From Mobula hypostoma (taxonomy: Eukaryota): a stretch of 64,000 nt of DNA. The translations under genes and the position numbers were made by a program. The notes under the pieces were generated by a model that was not told the origin of the DNA, searched no databases, and saw only the letters and a program-made list of their open reading frames with translations. The number at the start of each line of letters is the position of its first letter. The first letter of the stretch is position 1. Of the stretch, positions 1 through 14,145 are shown piece after piece. The stretch is taken from contig NC_086097.1 of the NCBI RefSeq assembly GCF_963921235.1, forward strand, positions 76,262,001 through 76,326,000. The letters are read 5' to 3'.

Positions 1-254
1 ATGTGATTTCTAATGTTAAATTTAAATAATGTCCCTAGGGTGTTTTTTTACATGGAAATGTTATGGTGTGGATGATAGAAAAATAATATGAAGGGTACAT
101 TACTGAAGTAGAGTGAATGAAATAGCATTATTTTCACCGACAGAGCAGTTTACCTGCCTGAAAGAAAAGCAGTGCACAGGAATTTCACAATACCTAGTAA
201 TTTGGAGACAATCGCAGTTTTCCAGTTTATATTGAAAATTAGCACATAAAAAGA

Positions 255-2115
255 ACATAAGAATTTGAAGAATTTGAAGAAGTAGTGGGCCATTTGGAAC
301 CTTACTTCTATTCCACCAGTCAATAGGATTATACTTCAGCATCACCTTCAGAACTAAACCTACAGTACGTTATTGATTTGCTTAAAATATTTAAAATTTT
401 TTCCAATCTCTGTCATTGAATATACTCAGCAATGGAGCCTCTACAGACCTCTTGGGTGGTGAATTCTAAAGACTCACCACCCACTAAAGGAAGACATTTC
501 TCATATCTGTTCATATTTTGAGATTGTGATCTCTGCCTTTATGCACACCAGCTAGGAGAAGCATTAACTCTGGATCCACCCTATCAAGTCCCTTAAGAAT
601 TTCTTTACGTACCAATGAGATCATCTCTCAATCTTCTAAACTCAAGAGAGGCCTAGTGTGCTTCATCTCTCCTTGTACATCAAAACTATCATCCTGGGGG
701 TAATCTGGGGAATCTTCGCTGCACTCTCTCTACACTAAAGTATATCCTTCCTTATGTAGGGAGATCAGAACAGGACATAATGTTCCAGATGAGGTCTCAC
801 TAGGAGTCTCCATAATTGGACCAGGCTGTCTCTACTTATGAACACAAATCCTCTTGCAATATAGTCCAAACCACCATTTGCTTTCCTAACAGCTTGTCAA
901 ACTTGCATGCTAACTTTCAGTGATTCATGCATCAGGCACTTGGGTCTGGCTGAACAACAATACTTTTCAATTTATCACTCTGTAGAAATAATCTATTGTT
1001 TCAATCAAAGTGGACGATGCCGCATTTTTCCACATTATATTCCATATGCCATGTCCTTGACCAGTCACAGCCTGACCTTCTCTTCGCCCACCCCTCTGCA
1101 ACTCCCACCTGAATCTTCTCTGCATCTTCCTCAATACCCATGTTGCCACCCAAGTTTGTATCATTAGCAAACATGAACATGTTACAACTAAATGCCTTAT
1201 GAAAATCATTCATATATAATTGTTAACAGTTGAGGTTCCAGCAAAGATCCCTACCTCACTGTACCAGTGAAAACCTCCTTTCTGGAAAATGACCCTTTTT
1301 TCCAACTTTGTTGTTTGTCTCTTCACCAATCCTCAATCCACACCAGAATACTTGCTTTAATTTTGTTTAATAATTTCTTGTATGGCACTTCATTGAATGT
1401 CCCAAGTACACAACATCATCATCCTGCAAATATCAAACTCAAAATCTATGATTTTGTCAGCCATAAATCTATGTTGACTCTGACCAATCCTAATCTTATT
1501 TTGCAAGTGCTCTATTACAACTTCCTTAAAAAAGATTCCCTCATTTTCCTTATGAGGCCAGCCTAACTAGTCTATTCTTCCCTATTTTCTCTCATCCTCC
1601 TCTCTTAAGTAGTGGGATTAAATTTCATACATTCCAATCTGTGAAAACTATTCTAGAATCTATGGAATTTTGTAAGATGATAATTAGTGTACCCATTATG
1701 TACTTAATTTCTCTGAAACCAAGATGCAGGTTATCAGATTCTGGGGATCTATGAAGCCTTCAATTCAATTGCTTTCTCAAAGGCTAGATTTTTACATGTT
1801 AATTTCTCAAACTCTTCACTTGTTCCAAAAATGTATTAACTCTCCACTATTGCTGGAAAATTTTCTATGACTTGATCTGTGAAGACATGCAAAATTTTTG
1901 CTTAATTTCTCTGTCACTTTCCTATTCCCTAATAAGTCAGCCTGTAAAGACCATAAATGAACTTTTACTAATTTGCTCTTGTTTTATGTTACCAGAAGTT
2001 CTTACAATCCTCTTTTATGTTTCTCACTACCTTACTATTGTATTCTATTTTCTTTTCCTATTTGAATTCTTGATAATTTTTTGCTAAGATCTGAAATGTT
2101 TTCAATTCCTATGTT
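255..2115 (-). mobile_element. Old, degraded CR1 LINE (3' UTR and RT remnants)
   Basis: Reverse-complement CR1 tail at ~255-300 (agaacataagaa...ggcccatt). ORF 1001..1213 gives 'MFANDTNLGG...WHMEYNVEKCGIVHF', which is the CR1 RT FADD region. Many stops; boundaries approximate. Confidence 0.8.
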
Positions 2116-3510
2116 CAGACCATAAGACATAGGAGCAGAATTAGGCCATTTGGCCCATTGAGTCTGCTCCATCACTCAATTATGCCTGATCCTATTTTTT
2201 TCCCTCTTCAGCACCACTCCATCCTTCTCCCCGTAACCTTTGATGTTGTGTTCAATCAAAAACCTATCAAACTATGCTTTAAATACACCAAATGACCTGA
2301 CCTCCACAGCTGCCAGTGGTAATGAATTCCACAAATTCACCACCCTCTGGCTAAAGAAACTTCTCTGCATCTCTGTTTTAAATGGGCACCCCTCTATCCT
2401 GTGGCTGTGCCCTCTTGCCCCAGACTCCTCCACCATGGGAAACATCCTTTCCACATCTACTCTGTCTAGGCCTTTCAACATTCAACATTCAAAAGGTTTC
2501 CTTCTAAATTCCAGTGGGCACAGACCCAGAGCCATCAAAAGACCCTTGCATAATAACCCTTTCATTCACAGAATCATTCTTGTGAACCTCCTCTGAACCC
2601 TCTCCAATGACAGCACATGAGGAGCCCAAAACTGTTGACAATACTCAAGATGAGACCTCACCAGTGCCTTATAAAGCCTCAGCATCACATCCTGCTCTTG
2701 TATTCTATGCCTCTTGAAATGAATGCTAACGTTGCATTTACCTTCCTCACCAGCAACTCAGCCTGTAAGCTAGCCTTTCAGGGAGTTCTGCACAAGCACT
2801 CCTAAGTCCCATTGCATCTCAGATTTTTGGATTTTCTCTCCATTTAGAAAATAGTCTGCACATTTATTTCTTCATGTGGCAATGTATTTCATTTGCCACT
2901 TTCTTGTCCATTTTCCTAATCTGTCTAAATCCTTCTGCAGCCTACCTGTTTCCTCAGCGTTACCTACCCCTTCACCAATCTTCATATCATCTGCAAAACT
3001 GGCAACAAAGCCATCTATTCCATCATTTGAATCATTGATATACAGCATAAAAAGCAGTCCCAATACCGATGCGTGCAAAACACCACTAGTTATTAGCAGC
3101 AAACCAGTAAAGGATCCTTTTTTTCCCACTGGCTGCCTCCTACCAATCAGCCAAAACTCTAACCATGCCAGTAACTTTCCTGTAATACCATGGGCTCTTA
3201 ACTTGGTAAGCAGCCTCATGTGTGGCACCTTGTCAAAGGCCTTCTGAAAGTCCAAATATACAACATTCACTACATCCCCTTTATCTATCCTACTTGTAAT
3301 CTCCTCAAAGAATTCCAACAGGTTTGTCAGGCAAGATTTTCCTCTAAGGAAACCATGCTGACTTTGTCCTATCTTGTCCTGTGTCACCAAGTACTCCATC
3401 ACCTCATCCTTAATAATTGACTCCAACATCTTCCCAACCACTGAGGTGAGGCTAACTGGTCTACGATTTCCTTTCTGCTGCCTTCTTCCTTTCTTAAAGA
3501 GTGGAATGTT
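2116..3510 (-). mobile_element. Younger 5'-truncated CR1 LINE nested in the older CR1
   Basis: ORF 2872..3534 is CR1 RT: 'PLFKKG..NRRPVSLTSVVGKMLESII..QHGFLRGKSCLTNLLEFFE..YLDFQKAFDKVPH..FADDMKIG'. C-terminal 'FFSQRVVNLWNSLP' in ORF 2272..2481. Tail gaccataagacataggagcag at 2118. Confidence 0.95.
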
Positions 3511-3769
3511 TTTGTCATTGGCTGTCATTCTCATTGATTTAATACTATTTTAAACTTTTCTCAATGGCCAAAGCTGCACAAATTTCCAATTGAGATTTTT
3601 TTTGCTTTGAGGGATATATATGATGTGTAAATTTTGTAATAACTGTGTGCATCGGTTTGATTGTCATACTGTTTCATGTCATTTCCCTATCTATCAAAAC
3701 CCACTCATAGGTTACACCTTTGCACTTTGAGCAAAGTATCCAGGTAAACTTCCCCTCTCTGATTTATCA

Positions 3770-4470
3770 GAATAGAGTCATAGAACAATACAGCACTAAT
3801 ATAGGCATTTTGGTCCAACACAATACACTCAACTTGTCCAATTTCCTGCATTCAGCCTATATCCCGCTAAGTCCCACCCCTTCATGTACCTATCCCAGTG
3901 CTTCTTAAGTGATAACATAGTACCTGATTTTACTGGCTCCTCATTTTATATTATTATGTTTTATATACTCACCACCTTCTACATGAACAAGTTGCCCCTC
4001 AGGTCCCCTTTAAATCGTTCCCCTCTTACTCTAAATCCATACCCCCTTGTTTTGGTGTTCCCTATTGACTTGTCTATGCTCTTTATAGTTCTAATGAGTT
4101 CATCCCTCATTTTCCTGCGTTCCAAGGAACAAACAACTAGTCTGACCAATACCTCCCGATAACTTTGGCCTCTAATCCTGGCAACATTGTTGTAAATCTT
4201 TTCTGAACTCTTTCCAGTTTAACCACATCATCCTATAATAGAGTGACTAAAACTGTACACAGTACTCTAAGTGCAGCCTAACTTATACAACTGCAACATA
4301 ATGTCCAACTCAATACCCTGACTGATGAAGACCAGTATACTAAGTGCCCTTTTCACCACTCTCTCTACCTGTAATGCCACTTTTAACAAACTCTGCACTT
4401 GCACCCCTAAGCCTTTCTATTCCATTACACTTCCAGTGCCCCACCATTCATAGTACAAGCCCTCTACTGT
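3770..4470 (-). mobile_element. Degraded CR1 LINE 3' fragment
   Basis: Tail 'atagagtcatagaacaatacagcac' and CR1 3'-end motifs (ctcaccacc...aagttgcccctcagg, aactgtacacagtactctaagtg). Confidence 0.8.
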
Positions 4471-6084
4471 TTTTATGTCCAAATCTTGGACTCCAGATCC
4501 TCAGCTCTGAGTTGGCATCCTCTAGCAGCCAGCACTGTTATTTACAACAGATGTCGTTGCCATGGATCCCAATGGTTTCCATCAACTCCTAATTTCTACT
4601 TTGTCCACTTGCGCAAAATCTGTAGCAGTTGATAAATGATACGAATATTTTCAGCAGATTGGAATTTTTCTGTACGAGAGCCAGAATTAAATTTTATGTT
4701 TTGTGCCACTGACTGAGGACAAATTTATTCCTCAATATATCTTACCTCCTGGGTGAAAGCAAGCACAATGAAAAGAACAACGAAAATATTTTTGGAGAAA
4801 TTAATGGCTAGGTGTATTCTCTACTTCAGGTATATCACCTTTTCCCCCTTTAGTGTCCACCCATTAGCTCAATCACTGTAGATACTTGTAAATACTAAAA
4901 GTAAACTTGCTTTAAATGGGAATTTGGAAAGTACAGCTGCAAATCAGTTTATTATTGAATAGTCTCTTTAATGTATACAAAACTCATGAAAAGGTTAGAA
5001 TATGGTTATTTTTGTAAAGTCCCTTTCAGTCAATGTTACAAGTTTATAGGAGGAGACAATTTGTAGATGTCCTGCTAGAGGTTCAGGGGTTTAGCTGCTT
5101 TGATCTCCTTTTGTATTGGTACTGTGGCAAAACAGGATTTCTGTTGCTGCTCAGAGATCAGTATACCCTTAATCTATTTTCTTTGGAAGTGGGGGGGGGT
5201 GGGGTGGGCGTCAGTCCTCGTGGAATGAGGTTCGGGTGATATTCCCACCACAAAAGGGACTTTACTGCTGCTGTTGTTAGCAAATGCAGTCGTGTAACTG
5301 TGCGACTGCCATCACAACAGACTAGAGGCAAGAGACCCCAAATGGACAGCAGATTGAAAAACTTTCTCATTTACGTTGCCTCAGTGAACAGTGCAGGATA
5401 AAGAAATAGTTGGTGGGAGGTGATTTCAATTGATGGGGGAGAGCAGGGAACTTATCCTGGGCCTTGTCAACCATTCAGCAGGCTTCTCAGGAAAGACAGG
5501 CAGGAAACCTACCAGCAGCAAGACCTTGCTCTGGCTGTGGTAGGTGGAAAGATTGATAAGACAAAGTTAATGCCAACTGGTAAGTGCAGAACAGCAATTG
5601 CCCCTTTACATCGTTGTACAGCAGCAGATGGCCAAGGGCTTTCTCACCCTTCACTGCCTGCTTAATTTCTAATCCTCAAAATGAGTCATTCTTAGATTTG
5701 TCCCATTTTCCTTTAGTTTCCGAGGAAGAGAGATTAATTGAATATTTGAATAAAGAGAAGACAAATGCAAAATGGGCTGAATGGCTTCCTTATCTGCTGC
5801 TCCATTCTATGACCTTCTGCCTGATGACACTCTGCAGGTTTGATCCTACCACAGTTTGACAGAAATCACTCAAGCCTTTCATATTTCTATTGAAGTATCA
5901 TTCTGAGACGGTCAGTTCTGTGAGTAACAGGTAATACAGGCATCCCTCTGTCTACTGTACTTCAGTTACAATAATATGAATGCACTGAAGCTGAATGATT
6001 GACTGGTGTCACTTATCCCCCAGAATATTCATAACATCTAACATCTCCACTTCGCTGATAATCTACACTGGATCACCTTAAGGA

Positions 6085-6965
6085 TGTGTGCTTAGCTCAC
6101 TGCTTGACTCTTTTTACACCCATGACTCTGGCTAGATGGTGATGAGAAGGCGTACAGGACTGATATGTATCAGATAGTTGAGCGGTGTTGTAGCAACAAA
6201 CTTGCATTCAATGTCAGCAAGACCAAATAATTGATTGTGGACTTCAGAAAGGGTAAAGTGAGGGAACACACACCAATCCTCATAGAGGGATCAAGAGTGG
6301 AAAGAGTGAGCAGTTTCAAGTTCCTGGGTGTCAAGATCTCTGAGGATCTATTTTGGGCCCAACATATTGATGCAGTTACAAAGAAGACACAATAGCAGCT
6401 ATACTTCATTAAGAGTTTGAGGCGATTTGGTATGTCACCAAAAACACCGGCAAATTTCTGCAGATGGACCGTGGAGAACATTATAACTGGCTGTATCACC
6501 ATCTGGGATAGGAGGACCACTACACAGGATCAAAATAACCCACAGAATGTTGTAAACACAGTCAGCTCTATCATGGGCACTAGCCTTCCCAGCATCCAGG
6601 ACGTCTTCGAGGAGAAATGCCTCAAATAGGAGGCATCCATCAGTAAAGATCCCCATCACCCAGGTCATGCCCTCTCCTCATTGCTACCATTAGGGAGGAG
6701 GTACAGAAGCCTTAAGGCACAAACTCAACAATTCAGGAATAGCTTCTTCCTTTCTGCCATCAGATTTCTGAATGGACATTGAACCCATGAACACTACCTC
6801 AGTATTTTTTCTTTTTTTTCCCTCTTTTTGCACTACTTATTTCAATTAACTTTTAAAATATATCAGCGTACTTACTGTAATTTACAGTTTTTATTATGCA
6901 TTGTACTGCTGCCGCACAACAAATTTCACGACATATGCCTGCAATATTAAACCTGATTGTGGTGC
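6085..6965 (+). mobile_element. Rex1/Babar-type LINE 3' fragment
   Basis: Translations 'LNVSKTK*LIVDFRK', 'FKFLGV', 'LRRFGMSPKTPANFCRWTVENIITGCITIW', 'HPGHALSSLLP'. Tail attaaacctgatt. Confidence 0.85.
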
Positions 6966-7769
6966 TGATATGCTGTACGATTAAGAGAAATGTTTAATCA
7001 GACACAACTCTCCATTTACCTTCATTTGGGATCTGTATTTCTAAGCAATATCTATCTAGAAAAATGCTCTTAACTTAAAAGTAAAAAAGTGAAAGCAGCA
7101 CAGAGAGACGGAATAGTCTTAATTGGTCTGTCTTCACCGAGCGATGGATTCCAAAGTATTGGAAATAATCCATCTAATTACAGTAGGTTGGTTGAGGATC
7201 ATCGTTTTACAAATGCCGGATATATCCTCTCATTTGTTTCAGTGATTGAGTTGCTGTCTTGAAAATGCAAGCGTTGTCTGCTGTGTTGTATTGCAGCTTC
7301 ATTACTGAATTTTGGTGACCTAAGTTCTGAAGTAGGGTGACACCTTATAAGCAGATTACCAGAGGATAGCTTGTTGGATGGGTAGCATTGTATCAGGAAA
7401 GAAAAAAAGTATTGGGCAATGACACAGCTTTTCTTGGCACCAATCTACATTCCATGGTGATGATGCCGATGAAGTTAAGCTTCAGCTTCACCTTTAGTGC
7501 TCCATCAATTGTCTTTGGTTGTCTGTGGGAAAGCGTGTTTGATTATTAAGGACTCAAAATGGGCACTAAATTCACCGACAACCAGGCTGCAGTAATCTCT
7601 GCTTCTGACACCTCCATTATAGCATGCATTGCAAAGCACTGCAGAGAGATCACTAAACTTAACTCCCCAAAATCATGCAAATGCACAGGTGAGGTAATTG
7701 AATTAGCATTAGTGTTCTCTCCCAGGCAAGTACAGTACCCCCTGCAATAGTTACATTCTGTCACCAGGT

Positions 7770-8160
7770 TAGGGAGGCTGAATCATTTGCAGGTTTAACG
7801 TTAGACTCCTGAAATAGACACTCTCTTCCAAGATCTGTCACAACAGGTTATCAGGCAAACAAAGAAAAAGATATAACAATGCTCTCAAGGATTCTTGAAA
7901 ATTGCAGTTATCTCTGGTGACTCCTAAGAATCTCTGGTCCTGGAGAATCCAAATTGGAGGAAGGCCATTTTGAATGACACTGAGAACCACAGTCCACATG
8001 TCTGGAGGACGTGGAAGTCTGACATAAATGGCAGAAGAAGCCCATCAGCTCAAAACTACCCAGTGTCTATTCCATCAGGCCCTTCCCACCTTATCTGTCC
8101 CACAATGGCCATCAGTCACCAGTAAAAGCAAGTCATCTTCAAGAGTGGAGGGACCATCTA
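7770..8160 (+). mobile_element. Old RTE-clade LINE 3' fragment
   Basis: Degraded 'GKQRKRYNNALKDSLK...ESL...WRKAI' typical of the RTE C-terminus, plus 3' end 'agcaagtcatcttcaagagtggagggacc'. Confidence 0.6.
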
Positions 8161-9222
8161 AATAAAATAGTAATCAGTGTACCTTAATAACATGCTGCTT
8201 ATTATTTATGACTGTAGTGTGATTATTTTATTTTTAATCACAGTACAATATGTCACTGTATTCTTCAGTTTTTGATGTGGGCTGATATACCCTTTGAGAA
8301 ACTTAATGTAACAAGTAATTATGATAAGGTGCCCACTGGCTGACATGGACAATTTAGGTCAAATGACTGCTTCCATATGATACAATTCTATGACTCTTTG
8401 ATAGGTACAAGTTGTGTCTATTTCCAGAATGTCAGGTCATGAACAAGAATGTACTTCTGCCTTCAATTTACTGTCAAAGCTATTCAGTACATATCTATGT
8501 GAGGCAGATAACCATAAATCATTGTCATAAATAGGATTCATCTCCCAGCTGTAGGTGGAATTTCAATCAAGCGAATTTTACTTCTGGATTCCATCAATAG
8601 GACTGACCTGTTAGGGCCAACATTTTTTATTCCACTTGAGATTCCATCAAGCCATAGGGACACATTGGCAGATACCCAAATTACATTCATACATTTATGA
8701 ATTAACATAACACATAAAGGTTTAATAAAGCAAGTCCACCATCCCAAAATCCCATTTAATCTATTCTATAGGAAGCAACTGGGACAAACAAAGAGATCAA
8801 TTAAATACTGGCACTGATTTGACAGCAGATTACAAACTATCTTAATAATTAAAGTAAATCATATTAATTGTTATCCTGCATTTAAATCTAAAAGGGGAGA
8901 AAAATCCAGAAAAGCAACTGTTTACCATGAGGATGTGATTGGGATGACAACTGATTATCTGCTAACTAATTCAGTATCCCACTTTGTGTGCCATGATATC
9001 GACCATATTATTGACAAATTATCAATACAATGATTGAATCAAGGATAGTGGCAAAAAAGGAAAATAATAACTTGCATATCATAGAAGCAATTATTATTGA
9101 TAAAGTACGTTGAAGGATATTATAATTTTGGTTTTGTAGCAATTTCCATTTTTCACAGAATTGGAGGCTATATAAGGTTTAGCTCATGCAAATTAATTTA
9201 GTTGTAATGTAAAGTCAACCTA

Positions 9223-9534
9223 GTGGGCACATGGCCAAGTGGTTAAGGCACTGGACTAGCTACCTGAAGGTTGTGAGTTTGAGCCCCAGCCGGGGGAACG
9301 TGTTGTGTCCTTGAGCAAGGCACTTAATCACACATTGCTCTGCGACGACACTATGCCAAGCTGTATAGTTCCTAATGTCCTTCCCTTAGACAACATTGGT
9401 GTCGTGGAGAGGGGAGACTTGCAGCATGGGCAACTGCTGGTCTTCCATACAACCTTGCCCAGGCCTGAACCCTGGATAGTGAAGACTTTCCAGGCACAGA
9501 TCCATGGTCTTGCAAGATTAACGGATGCCTTTAT
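9223..9534 (+). mobile_element. Full-length tRNA-derived SINE with CORE-like body and RTE-like tail
   Basis: A box TGGCCAAGTGG 9232-9242; B-box-like AGTTTGAGCCC 9276-9286; CORE-like tgtgtccttgagcaaggcacttaa ~9304-9327. Perfect 13-bp TSD taaagtcaaccta at 9210-9222 and 9535-9547. Confidence 0.9.
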
Positions 9535-9699
9535 TAAAGTCAACCTAAATCAGTCTAATAATTTATTATTTATAATAATCTTCAACTAAGTGCAAATTGG
9601 CATAATAGCTCGGCATGATGATACCCAGTTAATTCACACCAAGCCATTATGCCAGTTTGCATATTTAGATCAGAAGTCCAGATTAATATTGGAGAGAGA

Positions 9700-11296
9700 C
9701 ACGGGGAAATTCAATAACAATAAAAAGGAGGAGGCTCGCTTCAATGAAATGAGAAGGATAAGGTGAGGATAAAGCTGAATCAAATACCAATAGTTAAAAC
9801 TGTAACAAATCCTTTTAATGAGCAGATATTACAGGTAAAAGCTAAATCTGTTCCCATAAGGAGGAAAGTAAAGGCCACAAACCCAGTGCTCTTTTGGTAG
9901 CAAAGGAAATGGGGAAAAATGATGAAAATGAAAATTTAAGTGTCTTATGTCTGTCTAGTGAATAATTCAAATGAAAACTAGGCTTGCATGTAAAAAGTTG
10001 AGAGAGAAAATGAAAAGGAAAACAGGACAAGCAAAGAGAGATTATATGAAGAGAATAACAGTCTACATAAAAAGGGAATCCAGACATTTTTCATTGCCAC
10101 AAGTGTTAAGCAGGTGAGAAGAAGAGGGATGTCACAAATTAGGGATAAAGAGGAGCAATACTTAGAAGCAAAAAGTACAGCTGGAATGCCAATTCAGGAA
10201 TTTGTAGCGGTGCTTAGCAAAATGAAAAAGAGAGGATACTTTCAAAACCTGGTTAAAAAAAGGCTATTGAAATAATGTATGTGGTGAAAAGTGATAAGGA
10301 GAGGTACATACAATGAATATTGACCATGCTTAAAGTAAAGATATCACCAGGATGAGATGAAGTGCACTCAATGTTTCTTGAGGAAGCATGGCAGGTGATT
10401 TCAGAGATCCTGCCATAACTCTTCCAATTGTCCTTGGATGCAGGGTAGGTGTGGTGCTAATAACCATATTAGAATAGGGATCACCATTTGGAATGTGTGT
10501 GCAGATGATGCAGATCTTGGAAATATGGCAAATAGTGAGGATTGCACAGATTGCATAAATACATAGCCAGGGCAGACAAAAGGGAAATAAAATTTTAATA
10601 CGAGATAGTGAAGGAAACAGCAGAGAAAACATGGCACACCTGCAGAAGAGACAGTACGCATGTGCGTATATCTTTGAAAGTGGAGAGAATAGTTATTGAA
10701 GCATATGTGATTCCTGTGTTCATAAACTAAAACATGGAATCCAAAAACATCAAAGTTATATTGAACCAGTGAAAAACATTCTGATTGCCACTCTTTTGGA
10801 AGAATGTGAGTCTTGGAGAGAGTGCAGAAAATAATTACTGCAATAGGTGTAGGTTTGAGGGATTTCAGTTACAAGGCTAGACAGGAAAAACTGGGGTCAT
10901 GTCACTTTGGAGAGAAAGAGGTTGAAAAGATATCTGACAGAGTTGTAAAACATCATGGCTGGCTGTGATATTGTAAATAGAGAGATATTAATGCCATCGC
11001 AAATGTTCAAGCATCCAGAAACAGAAATTTAAAGTAAAGAGCAACTTATATGAAACGGAATTTGAAGGAAAAATTGCTTGTATTCAAGAGTAAGATCCAA
11101 ACTTCACTGCCTTTAAGGGAGGTGGAAACTAAGTCAATCATTGCCTTCAAAAGAGAGATGGATAAGCACGAGAGAAAATAATTTGTAGGACTCTGGAAAA
11201 GGAGAGGCACCATGATCTCTCTCTCTATAATATATACATATAAGAGAGATGGGGGTGGGTGGGTGGGGAGGGGAGGGGAGGGGGGAGGAAGGGAGA

Positions 11297-11346
<50 letters not shown>

Positions 11347-11457
11347 AAATAAAAATAAATGAGATTGAGTGGGAAAATAAATCAGCCATGATTGAATGGC
11401 AGAGCAGACTTGATGGCATGCATGACCTAATTTTGCTCCTATGTCTTGTGGCCTTAT
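9700..11457 (+). mobile_element. Very old CR1 LINE remnants with a CR1 3' tail
   Basis: Scattered CR1 motifs (ttggagagagtgcagaaa; gccttcaaaagagagatggataagca) and a CR1 tail 'atcagccatgattgaatggcagagcagacttgatggc...cctatgtcttgtggccttat' at 11380-11457. Confidence 0.65.
11290..11343 (+). repeat. (GA)n microsatellite preceded by a G-rich tract
   Basis: Visible GA run; G-runs at 11250-11290. Confidence 0.95.
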
Positions 11458-13037
11458 AGCTTTTCTTCCCTTCTTTTACTCCTGTGTGAATCTGTTACAT
11501 CTGACTGATTCTGTCCTTCAGGTATAATTAAAAATTATATGGATCATATCATTAACTTTGGGACTGGACTTCACATATTATTTCTTAACATATTGAAGGC
11601 AAAATCACTTCTACAGCAAGTCCATCTACTGTATAACAGCAATTAAAGTTTGTAGACATACAGTACTAAAATATCTTGAAAGCTACTGTATGAATTTGTA
11701 AATCTTTAAGTTCAATATGAATCTATAAATTATTGGGAATAAATTTTGGCAATTTTAGTTCCAAAGTGTTCTGTAGACAGTAAGAATAATCTGTTAAAAT
11801 ATTTCTCATTTGCAGAAAAAACAAAGTATGTAAGAAAATCAAACAAATGCTGTTTTTAAGAAATTGTGTGGGGAATAGAGCTAGAACTTGAAACTGATGC
11901 AAAGCTGAAACCACCAAACACATCAGTCTATATACATGGGAACTAATACATATTTTCAGTGAGTATCAGGAACATAAATGCTTTCCGTAATCTAATACTG
12001 GATGCATTTCTGCTGCTATCCAGTTGCAGGCAATATTAAATATTTCATACCTCTAGATGATCTTCTTGCATACCTAAATTATATACGTATATAGAATGAA
12101 TTGAAACATGCTTTCCAATCCATTAAAATTCTGGTTGTCAGGCCTGAAAAATATAGCTTTCCCCTTGCTTTAAAGTATATTCTTACCGAATAGAGTATAA
12201 GCAAAATCAAACAGAACAGGAAATCACTGGATATCCGGCCAACAAAATCAACCCCCCAATATCTCCAGTGGGATAGTGGCTAAACATCCTGGAAAATAGC
12301 AAAGACCCAACTGGTCAGCCATACACCTAAAAAAGGGTTGCAAATACCGTCTGCAAGATAATGAGATGTTCTCCAGTGACATTGCAAACTTAAGAACTGT
12401 CAGAATTGAAGGACTCCGACTGACCATTTGCATTATTTTCATTTCTTATTTCAAATTTCGAGCATCTGCTCTTTCATTACTTTCCAGCAGCATATCTTCC
12501 TACTGGCCCTATCTATGTTCCCTCCTGTTTCTCAAGTTTTTATTGATTTATTACTGTAATGTATGTATGAATGTGTGCTGGCATGCATGTGCATCTCAGT
12601 TAATTCTAGTCAAGGTTACGCCTGAATGTATGTGAGAAAACTTCAAGATTATTTTTATTGCATATAAGATATAAATCAAAAAGAAGGGCATAAATAACAA
12701 TGCAGAAATGTTTGGACTGCTTTATATCAGTTTCTCCTGCTAACTCACTTGAAAAGTGCATTATAAACAAAAATTGTCAGGAAAATTAAATAAAATTATT
12801 TTTTTCTTCCGAAATATTAGATGATGTTAAGGTGCCTGATGTTAAAAAAAATCAGATTTATGTAAAACAAAGTAGGCAACAATGCAAGTCAAGTACCTTT
12901 TCTGTGACTCTTCAAGATGTGTTTCTTCCGCCTCATGTTCATTTTTTGCTGGAAGTAAAATAAAAATATTAATTTACTGTAAAGTTGACAAACTCACAAT
13001 GCATTCTTTAGCCAAAACAGAAACAAATCACAGTTTT

Positions 13038-13200
13038 TTCTTTTAGCGTGTCGCACCAGGCAGTCAGCCATTTTCTCTGGCGTGTGGTGTCAGGATCGGT
13101 CTCCTTTTGGATTAACCCGGTCACAATATGAACGTTCCTGGCTCGATGCTCAACCTGGCACGGATGGAAAGCACACTCGGGGGGATGGCCACCAGCCGGC
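13038..13200 (-). mobile_element. SINE with internally deleted tRNA head
   Basis: Minus strand reads gccggctggtg|ggccatcccccc gagtgtgctttccatccgtgccaggttgagcatcgagc...ggtgcgacacgctaaaagaaaaaa. CpG-rich with an A-rich tail; intact A and B boxes are missing. Confidence 0.6.
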
Positions 13201-14145
13201 CATTGAGCAGTAAGATGAGTTCAAATTCAACAATACAATTTCATGTATGCTTTCAGAATAGTGGTCGATTTTGTGAGCAGTAATTGGGAGAAAAAGACCT
13301 ACTTTTTTTGTTCTTACAGTTTATCTGCCAACTGAACATGATATTCAGAAAACTCACTTCCAACCATTCACAAGCAATTTCTTCCATTTCATGAATTGTA
13401 CCTGATTTCTGCCTTTTATATACATCTGCGAATTGAATACTTACAGCAAACATCTCAAGGCATAGCAAAAATATCACCAGTGCTATCTGCAAATTCACTA
13501 GAGGGATAAGCAAACCAACATAAATGCCCTCTCCTAGGCCAGAATCCCCAGTATAGAGGCCCTGCTTACAGCGGTAGGACATGTCATTTGTATTCCCATT
13601 GTCAGAGTCCTGAAACAAACACACTATTTCCACAGCACTGTCATGCAAATAAATTACAAGCTAGACAGTGGGAAAAATTCTATGCTCAAAAACACTACCG
13701 TAAACTCTAGGGAATCTCTAGCCCCTAGCTCCTCTGCATTTGGTTTGGTACGGAGAACCTTGAGGTGGCAGAAAGGGAGCACATAGAGGCTCTGGCAAGC
13801 AGCAGAAGAATTGGGCTACTTCACAAACTACTCACTTTCTTGCCCTTGGAAGATGCTGTTTCATTAGTCACATCAGAAGCCACAAACTGGATCCTGATTG
13901 ACTGCCTATGAACGAAGGATTATGTAGTATTGTGTGGATAAGGAATTGACATCGTATAAAGAAGTTTTAATGAAAATCAACTTATTAAAGTTTTCCACTG
14001 ATCCAACACTAAGATTTCAGAAAATTCTTGAACAAAAGAGACTGTTTTATAATAATCAATACTTAACACATTATTGTGCTCAGCCAAGCATCAGTACTGT
14101 AGTACTACTGTGTCCAGAGACACAAGGGCAAAATGCAACACACTT

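Noticed and set aside
100..165. Possible minus-strand terminal exon after ttttctttcag
   Set aside because: All frames stop within ~18 codons and the peptide is unrecognisable; no supporting upstream exons.
9223..9295. tRNA gene
   Set aside because: SINE head: degenerate B box, continues into a CORE-like body, flanked by a TSD.
11225..11459. Low-complexity ORFs (SLSLSL / ERERER)
   Set aside because: Translation artefacts of the GA microsatellite.
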